Assembly (NCBI GenBank): GCA_964527765.1
Contig: CAZGQR010000002.1
Coordinates: 135,701 to 199,700, forward strand
DNA: 64,000 nt
Direction of reading: 5' to 3'
Source: an uncultured Planctomycetia bacterium
Lineage (GTDB): Bacteria > Omnitrophota > Gorgyraeia > Tantalellales > Tantalellaceae
In this document: positions 18,601-27,829 of the stretch, piece by piece
How positions within the stretch are numbered: position 1 is the first letter of the stretch
Layout: every line of letters starts with the position of its first letter
Translations under genes and position numbers: made by a program
The notes under the pieces: generated by a model
The model's database searches: none
Told to the model about the DNA's origin: nothing
The model's input: the letters and a program-made list of their open reading frames with translations, nothing else

Positions 18601-19960
18601 TGTCCACGACTTTGTCCTGGAATGCATGGTCGCCGCCGTTAAAAACGCCGGTTACGTACCGTCGACTTCCGGGGAGATCGGGACCGTGGCTATTGCCCTG
18701 GACCCGGCTACCAGTTCCATGGTGGTCGAAGGACACAAGGACCTTTATCATTATGAAGGTGCGCAGATCGGCTCAAAAGATCTGGCCGGCATATTCGAAA
18801 GATGGGTTGCAAGATACCCCATAACTTCCATCGAGGACGGCATGGGTGAAAATGACTGGGACGGCTGGATGCGCCTTGTCGATAAAGTCGGCGACAAAGT
18901 CCTGTTGATCGGCGATGACAGTCTTGTGACCCAGGCGGCCCGCTTGACAAAGTTCATCGAGCTGCTCAGGGAGAAAGGGTATGTTGATAAAAAGACCGGT
19001 AAGGTTACCAGGAAGATCGGCATCCTGATCAAATTGAACCAGAATGGTTTTCTGATCACCGGCATAAATGATCCCGGTAAAGGTTACTTGGGAACTTTAG
19101 AGGTTATTCGCCTGGCGAAACGCCATGGGATCGAGGTTGTAGTATCTCATCGATCCAAGGAAGCGGAACCCGGGGAAAGGGAAGTCTCTATCGCTGAGCT
19201 TGCGGCCGGGGTGGATGCCTATGCCCTGAAGTCCGGCGATCATGTTCAGGGGATCCGAGCTGTCAAAGAGGACAGACTGGCCGAGATCGACAGGAGAGAA
19301 CGGGAACTTTTCGTGAAAAAGGTAATGGATAACGCCGAGACCGTGATACCCGGTCTTGTGGATGCGTTGATAACCGCTTCGGAAAAAGATAAAAAGGTCG
19401 TTCTGGCATTCGATACCGACCTTGGGGGAGGGCGGATGAACGTTCTGCTCGGAGAACTGATCGAGGCCATCTCCGGGCTTAAGGATAATAATGAAGATCT
19501 GAAGAGGTTCTTGGCCAATCTGTATATGATCAAAGGCAAAGGTAAGGATCTTGGTTCGAGGCTGGGCAATATAACCGATCCTTCCAAAGGTTCCGTGAAG
19601 AAAGAGAACGTTATAGTCGTAGCCAAGGGCTCAAATGAGGAATATTTCAAAAGCCTTAAAGGCACAGCTACCATGGCTATTGTCGACGACAGCGCGTTCC
19701 CGGAAACAGCTCACTTACCCTTGCTGGATGTTATGCTTCTGGCGGTCGGCAGTTATCTTGGGTGGAGCGAGAACAGACTGTATGAGATTTACAGCAGCAT
19801 TCCGGACGTTGAGTCTCTCAGTCTTGAGGAATATGTTAAATTGTGCAAGAAAGATCAAAGATCCCTGATAATAAAACTTGTGCCCAATGCCGTGCAGCTT
19901 GAGACAGAAAAGCGCAGGGAGATAATAGACGCAATAAAAGATATGCTTGCCAAGGCATAG
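15608..19960 (+). CDS. Exported modular protein: signal peptide, N-domain, linker, HEAT/PBS-lyase repeats, linker, enolase domain, shared C-terminal domain
   Basis: RBS AAGGAGGAG upstream. The N-terminus [28 protein letters not shown] looks like a Sec signal (VWA cleavage site). HEAT and enolase motifs follow. Confidence 0.92.
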   Translation: MSGLRKNLVRSIVFITVISMVWQGVVWADPGVIQPDRLQVRTLFSLPDMEERVSPLVSGYVVKRLAEFERDLTKQHPSRIEDAAKELIVQIKKDADIPEDLLKIAASSAKGELVVILGSHAVRYYNHRREDTQDPGPGRKVIKDMKIGGYFSRQILEVSGKEYFSGGAEVYWSEWEVVNSNTLRARGRKGIIAKRGPDGKFDIMSGGLPVDPVDKEVEDHIQALKDKNKNVRIAAIGNLGKIGDEKAVQPLIKVLRSADWTVRGAAAVALGKIGDERAVLPLIQALKDTTAYVRSAAAEALGKIGDKKAVEPLIQVALKDQEKRVRGTAAEALGAINDESAVQSLILASKDEDLHICEAATKALGKMGEPSVELLVQALKDRDERVRKTAAEALGEINDERAVPHLVRALKDTEWIVRGNAAIALGEIGDENAVPLLIRTLRDEDSYVRFTAVHALGQISDERAVKPLIRALEDEDLDVREAAAEALGKIGKPAIELLIQALTKDESKSVRAGAAEALGKIGDKSTVRFLAQALIKDENERVREAAAKALGEVGDKEVAGLLVQVLIKNDEDPDVRKAAVEALGRIGDEKAVLSLIRIFNDKSMVGYIGRVPEAIIRSLGEIGGEKAAEFLIQLLKDEDYSARIIAAEALGKIGDDKATQVLTRTSKQDKDMYVRRAAAEALKAIRNKAAAAVEYFSSGAEVNWSEWEAVDSNTLRAKGQKGIIAKRGLDGKFDIMSGGLFADITASDNEPENNELNIAKIVPSETTCLGKPTVRLDVELLGGAKGHFVVPAGTSTGEDEARTVGVEKAVKNLAGIHTEVTDRGLKADQLTDIARVMLEMGKDKLGAEATLSYQMASAWAAARQRGFEPYEFIREIAPDIASRSVPKTKIQYNITNGGEHAENDLNMQEFMVVPVGRSTAEANRMCDEIDRQLGLIYRSLGLSADPDDKGVGEKRGKEGGYKIADLTSERLKEIYANPPEKSFEYLNVAELKKRGNIGVHDFVLECMVAAVKNAGYVPSTSGEIGTVAIALDPATSSMVVEGHKDLYHYEGAQIGSKDLAGIFERWVARYPITSIEDGMGENDWDGWMRLVDKVGDKVLLIGDDSLVTQAARLTKFIELLREKGYVDKKTGKVTRKIGILIKLNQNGFLITGINDPGKGYLGTLEVIRLAKRHGIEVVVSHRSKEAEPGEREVSIAELAAGVDAYALKSGDHVQGIRAVKEDRLAEIDRRERELFVKKVMDNAETVIPGLVDALITASEKDKKVVLAFDTDLGGGRMNVLLGELIEAISGLKDNNEDLKRFLANLYMIKGKGKDLGSRLGNITDPSKGSVKKENVIVVAKGSNEEYFKSLKGTATMAIVDDSAFPETAHLPLLDVMLLAVGSYLGWSENRLYEIYSSIPDVESLSLEEYVKLCKKDQRSLIIKLVPNAVQLETEKRREIIDAIKDMLAKA
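16091..16230 (+). repeat. 140-bp direct repeat, copy 1 (in-frame linker [47 protein letters not shown])
   Basis: 128/140 nt identical to 17687..17826 by manual count. Confidence 0.95.
16255..17665 (+). repeat. HEAT_2/PBS-lyase-type repeat array, about 15 units of ~31 aa
   Basis: [31 protein letters not shown] recurs about 15 times. Confidence 0.93.
17687..17826 (+). repeat. 140-bp direct repeat, copy 2 (in-frame linker)
   Basis: Matches copy 1 and lies immediately before the enolase domain. Confidence 0.95.
17860..19300 (+). other. Enolase (phosphopyruvate hydratase-like) domain within the exported protein
   Basis: [66 protein letters not shown] and LKSG. Confidence 0.9.
19343..19960 (+). 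other. Conserved ~205-aa C-terminal domain (copy 2)
   Basis: About 57% aa identity to 14932..15558 by manual alignment (118/208). Confidence 0.93.
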
Positions 19961-19980
19961 GTTCGTACAGTGCATGACGC

Positions 19981-20000
19981 ATGCAGGTTTAAACCCGCAT
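19981..20000. terminator. Possible hairpin between convergent genes
   Basis: ATGCAGGTTT-AAACCCGCAT is a near-palindrome in the 44-bp gap between the convergent stops. There is no clear U-tract. Confidence 0.3.
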
Positions 20001-20004
20001 TCGC

Positions 20005-21417
20005 TTATAGCTTACAGCTTTCTATAAGTGCCCGCGCTTTATCCAATGTTTCCCTGTATTCCGCTTCCGGGTCGGAGTCGGCGACGATGCCGCCCCCGGC
20101 CTGGAAATAGACATCCCGTCCTTTCATTATCATGGTGCGGATAGCGATATTCAGGTCCATGGTGCCGTGAAAACTGATATAACCTATCGAACCGGTATAG
20201 ACATTCCTTCTGGTCGGCTCCAGTTCGTCGATTATCTCCATGGCGCGTATCTTGGGGCACCCTGATATGGATCCCCCGGGAAACGCGGCTTTTATTATAT
20301 CGATAAGGCCCGTATCGCTGTTTATCCTCCCCTTTACCACGGATATGGTCTGGAACACCGTCGGGTAGGTCTCTATTCTCCTGTGCTCGGCGACTTTCAC
20401 GGAGCCCGGTATCGCTATCTTGCCGAGGTCGTTCCTTTCAAGGTCCACGATCATGGAGAGTTCCGCCCCGTCCTTGCCGCTTTTTCTCAAGGCGGCTTCA
20501 AAAGCGGAATCTTCTTCGGCATTGTTTCCGCGCGGCCGGGTGCCTTTCATCGGCCTGGTCTCGACGACGTCATCCCTGACCCTGAGAAAAAGTTCCGGGG
20601 AGGAAGAGATTATCCTGGACCGGCTGAAATTCAGATAAGCGCTGAAAGGGGACGGGTTTATCCTGTTCAATTTCAGGTAAAGCTCATAAGGGTGCAGCGG
20701 CCACCCGGTCCTGAATCTCTGCGACAGGCATGCCTGGTATATGTCGCCGGCGCGGATATAGTCTATGACCTTCCGTACGGATCTTGTATAACCCGCTTTC
20801 GAGAAATTCGACCTGAAGACGGGCTTAAAGGATCCCGCCGGCGGGGGCGTACCTGTTTTCAAAGGCGCGGACCTGACAGTCCCTTTTATTTTGTTCATGA
20901 GCCGGCCTGCTTTTTCATGCCCGCCGGAGCCGGTACCCAGTACGCTTATATATAATTGGCCGGGTTCAAGTTTGTCATGGATGAGCAGCGCCCGGTAGAA
21001 GGCGAAATATATATCGGGCAGGTTCAGGTCATCCTTTGATCTTTTCGGGAGTTTCTCGACGGCGTCCTTGAGGTCGTAGGATAAGTAACCGATCCCTCCT
21101 GCCGTGAAGGGCAGGGGAGCGGGGTTATCGGTCCTGTATGTCCTGATGATGGAGTCGAGACATTCAAAAGGGTTGCTCTTGACCGCGAGACTGTGGCCGT
21201 TGAACTTGAGCCGGAGGTCGTTATCCTTGCCGCTCAGGACAAGGAACGGTTCTATCCCGATAAATGAATACCTGCCCGCGTCGGTTTTCATGGAGCTGTT
21301 CAGAAGAGAGCTTTCCGGAAGATCAGCGAAGCGCATGAACAGTTCCTCCGGCGGACAGTTCAAGCTGATCTTTTCAATGACAGGCGCTCGGCTTATTTCG
21401 GGAAGATATCTTTCCAT
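20005..21417 (-). CDS. pabB: Aminodeoxychorismate synthase component I (chorismate-binding, PabB/TrpE family)
   Basis: GDIYQACLS, SSSPELFL, TRPMKGTRPRG, MIVDLERNDLG, FPGGSISGCPK, NIAIRT and AGGGIVADS. Confidence 0.85.
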   Translation of the reverse strand: MERYLPEISRAPVIEKISLNCPPEELFMRFADLPESSLLNSSMKTDAGRYSFIGIEPFLVLSGKDNDLRLKFNGHSLAVKSNPFECLDSIIRTYRTDNPAPLPFTAGGIGYLSYDLKDAVEKLPKRSKDDLNLPDIYFAFYRALLIHDKLEPGQLYISVLGTGSGGHEKAGRLMNKIKGTVRSAPLKTGTPPPAGSFKPVFRSNFSKAGYTRSVRKVIDYIRAGDIYQACLSQRFRTGWPLHPYELYLKLNRINPSPFSAYLNFSRSRIISSSPELFLRVRDDVVETRPMKGTRPRGNNAEEDSAFEAALRKSGKDGAELSMIVDLERNDLGKIAIPGSVKVAEHRRIETYPTVFQTISVVKGRINSDTGLIDIIKAAFPGGSISGCPKIRAMEIIDELEPTRRNVYTGSIGYISFHGTMDLNIAIRTMIMKGRDVYFQAGGGIVADSDPEAEYRETLDKARALIESCKL

Positions 21418-21418
21418 G

Positions 21419-21976
21419 TTACATCTCTATGAAGTTCTTTATCAGCCTGTGGCCGTTCTCCGTAAGGAACGATTCGGGATGGAACTGCAGGCCCACCAGC
21501 GGCCATTCTTTATGCTCGAGGCCCATTATGACCTTGTCTTCGGTCCAGGCGGTGATCTCCAGGCAGGAAGGCACGTCACTTGCCCTGAGAGAATGATACC
21601 GCGCTCCCGAAAAAGGACTTGGAATACCCCTGAATATCTTCCCGCCGTTATGATAGATGGGGGAGGTTTTCCCGTGCACTATTTCGGAGACCCGCGAGAT
21701 CCTGCCCCCGAAAACGCCGGCGATGCACTGGTGCCCGAGGCAGATCCCCAGTATAGGCGTGCCGGGGCCGATTTTTTTTATGACCTCGTTCGATATACCG
21801 GCGTCGGCCGGCGTCCTGGGCCCCGGCGAGATAATGATCTTATCCGGATTCAGCGACTCTATTTCGTCTATACCGATCTTGTCGTTCCTTTTTACCAGGA
21901 GTTTCACGCCATGCTCGGCAAAGATCTGGTAGAGGTTATAAGTGAAGGAGTCGTAGTTATCGATCAAGAGGTACAT
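21419..21976 (-). CDS. pabA: Glutamine amidotransferase component II (PabA/TrpG)
   Basis: IDNYDSFTYNL, SPGP, GICLGHQ, RYHSL and QFHPES. Confidence 0.9.
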   Translation of the reverse strand: MYLLIDNYDSFTYNLYQIFAEHGVKLLVKRNDKIGIDEIESLNPDKIIISPGPRTPADAGISNEVIKKIGPGTPILGICLGHQCIAGVFGGRISRVSEIVHGKTSPIYHNGGKIFRGIPSPFSGARYHSLRASDVPSCLEITAWTEDKVIMGLEHKEWPLVGLQFHPESFLTENGHRLIKNFIEM

Positions 21977-22811
21977 TTGGCAACTTTCTCAGCGATTTTA
22001 CAACTTCCCGGGTAATACGGTCCGGGGTGGATGCCCCGGCCATTATACCCACATTTCTGGCGTTTCTGAACCACGCCGGTTTCAGATCTAAAGCGCATTC
22101 TATCCAGTAAGTTCTTTTATTTATTTTCCTGGATATCTGGTAAAGTCTTTTGGTGTTGGCGCTTGTTCTTGATCCGATGATGAGGACCAGGTCGTTCTTC
22201 TCGGGGAGAGACTTGATCTCTTTCTGTTTTATTCTGGTTATCCGGCACGTCGTATTGTAGAGTTTCACCCGGGGTATGATCTTCTTCAGGCGTTCCATTA
22301 TTTCGTTTATGTTATCGATCGTCTGGGTCGATTGCGTTATTACCGCAGCTCTTTTTATGCGGGCCAGTTTCCTGACCGGGATATCGCGGGGGGATTCTAT
22401 GGTTATGGGCTTTTTCCTGAGCTGTCCGGCGATACCTTTTACTTCCTCGTGGTTGTTGTCCCCGATTATTATTATTTTGCTGTTTTTCTCCAGGCGCCTG
22501 GCGATCCTGTATATATCCTTGACCATCGGGCATGTCGCGTCCACTATCTTGTATCCGCATGCTTTGGCCTTACGGAAGGTCCTTTTCGGGGCGCCATGCG
22601 CCCTTATGATGAGAATGTTATCCTTACCCGGCTTTATCCTGCTGATCTTCCTGATGCCTTTTTCTTCAAGTTCCCGGACGACAAAATCGTTGTGTACTAT
22701 GTCGCCCAGTACGCAGGCAGTCTTTTCCTTGTCGGCCAGCTTTTTGCTTATCTCTATGGCCCGTTTTACGCCGAAGCAGAATCCTGAACTTTTTGCGACA
22801 TTTATTTTCAT
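21957..22811 (-). CDS. ispH: 4-hydroxy-3-methylbut-2-enyl diphosphate reductase
   Basis: GFCFGVKRA, IVHN, RAHG, DATCP, TQST, NTTC, SANT and AGASTP. Confidence 0.93.
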   Translation of the reverse strand: MKINVAKSSGFCFGVKRAIEISKKLADKEKTACVLGDIVHNDFVVRELEEKGIRKISRIKPGKDNILIIRAHGAPKRTFRKAKACGYKIVDATCPMVKDIYRIARRLEKNSKIIIIGDNNHEEVKGIAGQLRKKPITIESPRDIPVRKLARIKRAAVITQSTQTIDNINEIMERLKKIIPRVKLYNTTCRITRIKQKEIKSLPEKNDLVLIIGSRTSANTKRLYQISRKINKRTYWIECALDLKPAWFRNARNVGIMAGASTPDRITREVVKSLRKLPNVPLDR

Positions 22812-23884
22812 TTTTGCAGTTTCAGTGAAGCTGTTTTTGAAAGCGACTCCCGGATCAGCCGTTTGAGGGAGGTTTTATATTCCCTTTTCATCCGCAGGCC
22901 GGCCAGGATCGTATCCGCTTCCCGGAGGAGGGCGTCCGTTTTTTTCAGACAATACCTGTCGGCCCCGGCTGTTTTTATCAGCTGCCGGAATTTTAGGAGA
23001 TCCTTGCGGGTTTTCTTATTCTTTTCCAGGAGGTGTTTAAGAAGTTTCCTGTCCTTTCCGGCAAGGTTTTTATATGTTTTCCATACGAGAAGGGTTTTTT
23101 TGGATTCCGCGAGGTCGGAAAGGACGGATTTCCCGATTCTTTTGCTTGTGGAAAACGCGTCAAGCAGGTCATCCTGCACCTGAAAAGCCAGGCCGAGGGC
23201 GATCCCCAGTCTGGATAGTTTCCTCAGCTCCTGTTTTCCCGCACCGGCCAGTATGGCGCCGGTAAGTAGCGGGCTCTCGAAAGTGTATTTTGCCGTTTTC
23301 AGGGTATAGGTGAGCAGGATCTCTTTTTCTGTGATCTTCTCGACCTTTTTCGTGTCATTCACGACGTCGCTAAATTCGCCTATTCCCGTGCGCGCGGCTG
23401 TTTTGCTGAATTCCAGGATCGCCTGTTCTTTCCGGGCGGGGTCTTCGTCAAGCGAGAGCAGGGCGCGTGTTGCCAGGGCGAATATCACGTCACCGGCGAC
23501 AATGCTCAGGCTGACGCCAAGATCATCTTTCGACGGGACCCCGAACCTCTTGTTGAACAGTCTGTGCAGCGTCGGTTTTCCGCGCCGCAGGACCGATTTG
23601 TCGATAATGTCATCATGCACGAGCAAAAAGCTGTGCAATAGCTCCAGGGAAAGGGAGCATCGAAGGAGGTCCTTATAAGAGGATTTCCCTCTTTTGGTGT
23701 AGCCCAGGTAGCTTATGGCCAGCAGCATGGGGCGCAGCCTTTTTCCCCCGCGCTCGACGAAATCCTTAATGCCGCTGTAGAGAAGCGGGGAACCCGCCTT
23801 CAGGCCAAGGTCGGTCGCTGCATCTTTCAGGAATGATCTCAGTTCCGCATCTATGTCTTTTTTCAGTTTTTTCAGCATGTTCAT
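22808..23884 (-). CDS. Polyprenyl diphosphate synthase (GGPP synthase-like)
   Basis: GGKRLRP, LVHDDIID..LRRG, KTAKYT and FQVQDDLLD. Start placed at MNMLKK; the start is uncertain. Confidence 0.88.
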   Translation of the reverse strand: MNMLKKLKKDIDAELRSFLKDAATDLGLKAGSPLLYSGIKDFVERGGKRLRPMLLAISYLGYTKRGKSSYKDLLRCSLSLELLHSFLLVHDDIIDKSVLRRGKPTLHRLFNKRFGVPSKDDLGVSLSIVAGDVIFALATRALLSLDEDPARKEQAILEFSKTAARTGIGEFSDVVNDTKKVEKITEKEILLTYTLKTAKYTFESPLLTGAILAGAGKQELRKLSRLGIALGLAFQVQDDLLDAFSTSKRIGKSVLSDLAESKKTLLVWKTYKNLAGKDRKLLKHLLEKNKKTRKDLLKFRQLIKTAGADRYCLKKTDALLREADTILAGLRMKREYKTSLKRLIRESLSKTASLKLQK

Positions 23885-23951
23885 TACTTTAACACAACTG
23901 TAATCCGGCGGCAATAGATAAAATCGACCGTGTCGTTACGAATGAAATTTC

Positions 23952-23980
23952 TTGAAACAAAAGTAGTTATGTGCTATTTT
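23952..23980 (+). promoter_or_regulatory. Putative sigma70 promoter for the PP2C gene
   Basis: TTGAAA-17bp-TATTTT with an extended -10 TG. Confidence 0.4.
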
Positions 23981-24003
23981 CGTTAAGGAACAGGAGAGAT
24001 ATC

Positions 24004-25428
24004 ATGCCGAAAATAAAGACGGAGATCCCCGAACAGTACCGCGGCGAGTTCCTGAAGCAGCAGATCGGATTTATTAAGGGCAGAGTGTATCTTTTCTGTG
24101 TATTGACCATAGCTATTTATTTTTCGGCATCAGTGGCGGGTATAATAATAAATCCGCGCGCGTTCAAGCTCCTTGAACTTTCCATCGGCCTGGCTCTTGC
24201 GGCAGGCGCTGTTATCATCGTTTATGTCAACTACAGGGTCAGGACCCTCCGCGCCACAAAGGCCAATGCCTATTTATTTACCGCGCTTCTCCTGGCGCTC
24301 TTGACAAAACTGGGCATCGGTTATGCCGATATCCCGCTGGTCAGCGCTTCGCTCTTTGTCTTCAGTCTTTTTCTCGTGGCCATGACCATACCCTGGACGC
24401 CTTTCGAAGTGACCCCTATATGGGCCATGCACGTGATCGCCTTCACGGTTTCTTTTCTTGGTGTCAAGTATTTGCCGGAAGTGGTCGGGGAGGATTTCAG
24501 TCTGAGGGAATATCTTGACGGGATCCTGTTCCTGACGATGGCTTTCTGTCTATGCCTGGTGGTGCGGAGAAAGGAGACCGCCAGGGATATCGAGAACTTC
24601 GTGCTCCTCAAGGAGGTCGAGGACAAGAACGCTCAGATGAACAGGGAGCTCGAGTGGGCCACGCGCATCCATAAGACCATCATTCCTGATTCCACCAGTA
24701 CCGATAAAGTCGATATCGCGGTAGATTATCTTCCGGTATATTATATCGGGGGAGATTATGTGAAGTTCGACTTCCAGGACCACGACAGGCTGGTCTTTAT
24801 TATAAGCGATATCACCGGTCACGGAGTGCCGGCGGCCCTGCTCGTGAACAGGATGCATACGGAGTTTGAACGGCTTGCGAAAGAGAATAAAGAACCGGGG
24901 CTTCTGCTCAAGGAACTCAATGAGTTCATCAAGAGGGATTTCGAGGGGTCCGACATGTATCTCAGCGCTTTTTGCGGGCTTCTGGACCTTAAAAGAGCGC
25001 AGCTTTTATATTCCAATTACGGTCATCCGCCGCAGTACGTTTACAGCGAGAAAGAAGGCCGCATACACCGGCTTTCCGCCCAGACAAGCCTGCTGGGGAT
25101 ACCCGTGGATGATGAGAACGTCTATCAGGACGATATGAGGATCGGCGAAAAGGACAGGGTGCTGCTTTTCACCGACGGCATCATCGAGGCTGTCGGCCGC
25201 GGAGGGGAAGAGTACGGGAGCGAAAGGCTGGAGGATTTTTTGAGGAAACACCATGACCTGCCGCCTGAAGAGTTCAATGCGAACCTGCTGAAGGAACTGA
25301 ATGCGTTCAAGGATGAAAGTTTCAGGGACGATATATGCATCATGAGCATAGGCATAAAGCCTCACCCGTCGCTTTTTGAACTCGGCAGCCAGATCTTCAA
25401 ATATCAGCATAAGGAAGCCGAGGCTTGA
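24004..25428 (+). CDS. Membrane-anchored PP2C/SpoIIE (RsbU-like) phosphatase
   Basis: About 6 N-terminal TM helices, then IGGDY, ISDITGHGVPAA, NYGHPP, FTDGIIEA and DDICI. RBS AGGAG precedes ATG24004. Confidence 0.88.
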   Translation: MPKIKTEIPEQYRGEFLKQQIGFIKGRVYLFCVLTIAIYFSASVAGIIINPRAFKLLELSIGLALAAGAVIIVYVNYRVRTLRATKANAYLFTALLLALLTKLGIGYADIPLVSASLFVFSLFLVAMTIPWTPFEVTPIWAMHVIAFTVSFLGVKYLPEVVGEDFSLREYLDGILFLTMAFCLCLVVRRKETARDIENFVLLKEVEDKNAQMNRELEWATRIHKTIIPDSTSTDKVDIAVDYLPVYYIGGDYVKFDFQDHDRLVFIISDITGHGVPAALLVNRMHTEFERLAKENKEPGLLLKELNEFIKRDFEGSDMYLSAFCGLLDLKRAQLLYSNYGHPPQYVYSEKEGRIHRLSAQTSLLGIPVDDENVYQDDMRIGEKDRVLLFTDGIIEAVGRGGEEYGSERLEDFLRKHHDLPPEEFNANLLKELNAFKDESFRDDICIMSIGIKPHPSLFELGSQIFKYQHKEAEA

Positions 25429-25480
25429 CCCGGTCGTCGGATAGAACAGTATGAACTGTGAACTGAAAAGGAGATAGACA

Positions 25481-25792
25481 ATGAAACCTCGAAAGAAATT
25501 CCGCTCTCGCCCGAAAAAAAGCGGCGCTAAGAAAAGACAGAAGATCTTAGCCCAAAAGCGAAGATTAACGGCAGCCGGATACGACAAGGATCTTCTCGAT
25601 AAGATGACGATCATCGAGATCAGGGAGCTCCTGAAGAAAGCGGCAAGAAAGAAAGTCCAGGCCCCGCGGAAAGCCCGCAAAGCAAGACCCAAAAAAATCC
25701 GCAAAACAAGACCGAAAGTAAAACCGAAAGCAAGGCCAAAAGCCGGCGCGAAAGAAAAGGTAAAGCCGAAGACAGGATCAAAAAAGAGCTGA
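25481..25792 (+). CDS. Small, very Lys/Arg-rich protein (histone H1-like tail; candidate nucleic-acid-binding protein)
   Basis: RBS AAGGAG, 103 aa dominated by K/R/P/A, and a central helical segment LDKMTIIEIRELLKKA. Confidence 0.7.
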   Translation: MKPRKKFRSRPKKSGAKKRQKILAQKRRLTAAGYDKDLLDKMTIIEIRELLKKAARKKVQAPRKARKARPKKIRKTRPKVKPKARPKAGAKEKVKPKTGSKKS

Positions 25793-25794
25793 GC

Positions 25795-27042
25795 CTACCT
25801 TAATTTGGCGTAGAACGAAAGGTTTTTTTCGGCTATTTTTGTCCAGCAGAATTCTTTCCTGGCCAGCTTAAAGCCGTTTTTCGCGATCTTTCTTCTGAAG
25901 GTGTAATTTTGGTTGAGCACGTGAAACGCCCAGCTCAGGTCTTTTTTGTTGAAAGGATTGACGATCAGGCAGTCGTGTTTGTTCTTAAGATATTTCCTGA
26001 TCCCCGCGCGGCTGCTGATTATTGCAGGCGTCCCGCAGGCCAGGGCCTCGGCGGCCGTCATGCCGAAGGGTTCGAATTTTGAGGGAAGTACGAAGAACTT
26101 GGCCCTGCGGTAGTAAGAGGGCATAAGTTTGTCCTTTATATGTTTTGTGAAAAACACCCTGTTCTTGATCTGCGACGAAACGATTATCTTCTGAAGGTCC
26201 TTTTTTAGTTTCTTTTCCTTGGGAATGGGGTTCTTGGAGCCGCCCCCTATGACAAGGAACAGGTCTTTTTCCTTTCTGACTATTTCCGCGAATGCCCGAA
26301 GGAGATAGTCGAGCCCCTTGTTGGTGTCGAACCTTCCGGTCCAGAACGCGTAGTTCTGCGGAACATCGACCCTTTTTTCCCTTTCTCTTTTTTTAAGAGG
26401 GCGGAATATTTCCGTATTCACGCCCGCCGGGATCACGATGTAGTTCTTGCCCCTGTAATTGTAGAATTTTCTGGAACGTTTTATCATCTCCGAGCTTGTC
26501 ATGACCAGGGCACGGACTTTCCTGAAGATCATTCTTTCGCGTTTGATCCTTTCCTTGAACCTGTAAAGTTTTTCCATCTCACCGGGTTTTCCGCCCATCT
26601 GTTCCTTTTTCCATGCTCCGAGAGAGTGGAAAGTGTGGACAAAAAAGCCGTTAAGGCGTTCGGTGAGCTTCATCGCGACGTATCCGGCGTCCCAGTAATG
26701 TGAGTGGAAGATGTCGTATTCCAGCCCTTCTTTTTTGATGAAACGTTCCATGTTCCTGGCGAACGTGTTCAGGCAGGGGAAGATCTTCTCTTTCGGGATG
26801 AATTTATTCCCGCCGCAGGGGATCCTTATGATCCGCACGTTCCTGCACACCCGCTCCATGGTTTTTCTGTTCTGGAACCTGCGCGTGTATATATCGACTT
26901 TTATCCCTTTTTTTGCGAGCGCCTTGGAAAGTTCCAGGACGTAAGTCACCTGTCCGCCGGTATCCGTTTTTCCCAAAATGGGCTTTGGATCAACATAACC
27001 ATGCGTGCTGAGCATGCAGATACTTTTTATATCCTTCTTCAT
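25795..27042 (-). CDS. GT4 glycosyltransferase, sucrose-phosphate/mannosylfructose-phosphate synthase-like
   Basis: STHGYV...DTGGQVTYVLEL, HSHYWDAG, HTFHSLG and EPFGMTAAEALACG. Confidence 0.85.
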   Translation of the reverse strand: MKKDIKSICMLSTHGYVDPKPILGKTDTGGQVTYVLELSKALAKKGIKVDIYTRRFQNRKTMERVCRNVRIIRIPCGGNKFIPKEKIFPCLNTFARNMERFIKKEGLEYDIFHSHYWDAGYVAMKLTERLNGFFVHTFHSLGAWKKEQMGGKPGEMEKLYRFKERIKRERMIFRKVRALVMTSSEMIKRSRKFYNYRGKNYIVIPAGVNTEIFRPLKKREREKRVDVPQNYAFWTGRFDTNKGLDYLLRAFAEIVRKEKDLFLVIGGGSKNPIPKEKKLKKDLQKIIVSSQIKNRVFFTKHIKDKLMPSYYRRAKFFVLPSKFEPFGMTAAEALACGTPAIISSRAGIRKYLKNKHDCLIVNPFNKKDLSWAFHVLNQNYTFRRKIAKNGFKLARKEFCWTKIAEKNLSFYAKLR

Positions 27043-27698
27043 TTTTGTTTTTTGCTTTCCGAGGCCAGCGAATAGTCCTTTTTTGCCGTTATATGCGCCA
27101 GTTTCCTGTGTTTGGAAATGATCCTGTGTTCTATGGCGAGGATCTTTTTATCAAACGCGTCGATCTTTTCTCTTTTTCTTGCCATCCGCGTCCTTAGGGT
27201 GTCCTTATATGTACGCGAAAGAAAGATCTTCTTGTCGACCCCTTTAAGCAAAGCGGCATATGTCCCGTCCACGATCAGGACCTTTGCATTTTTGCACGGG
27301 ATGGTCTCACTCCCGATCCTGTCCTCCTTGAAATAGACAAGGGGCTTCCGGAGCCGGGCGGTGCGGGAGTCCCTGAAACTCTTTATGTGCTTGTTCAAGA
27401 GGGAAAGCCTGACCTCTTTCGTGCCCACCCGAGACATGTCTTCGCGCCGCATCCTGTAATTGGTTTTCGGCGGGTAGCGGAAATAATCGTCCTGGTGGAC
27501 GGTTATGCTTCTGATGCCGTTTTTTCTCAGGATCCTCGCAAGTTCATGGGCTATTTCTGTTTTTCCCGAGCCGGACTCGCCTGAGACCGTGACGACGTAC
27601 CTGGAACGGGAAGAGCGTATCTCCGGGATCAGGACCCCGGCTATTTTCCGCGCCGCCCTAACGTGATATTTCCTTATTAGTAATATATCCCCGCGCAT
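27039..27698 (-). CDS. Uridine-kinase/PRK-like P-loop kinase
   Basis: SGESGSGKT, HQDDYF and LIVDGTY. Confidence 0.75.
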   Translation of the reverse strand: MRGDILLIRKYHVRAARKIAGVLIPEIRSSRSRYVVTVSGESGSGKTEIAHELARILRKNGIRSITVHQDDYFRYPPKTNYRMRREDMSRVGTKEVRLSLLNKHIKSFRDSRTARLRKPLVYFKEDRIGSETIPCKNAKVLIVDGTYAALLKGVDKKIFLSRTYKDTLRTRMARKREKIDAFDKKILAIEHRIISKHRKLAHITAKKDYSLASESKKQK

Positions 27699-27829
27699 GT
27701 TATCAAGTTCCGGTCTTTAGCAAGGATGTTAAAGATAATTTCTATTGCGATAAAGTATATAATACGTATAATATTAGACAAGCGCAAGGGGTTTTTAAAT
27801 GGTGCTGTGCGCTTGGTTAAGGAGGGGTC

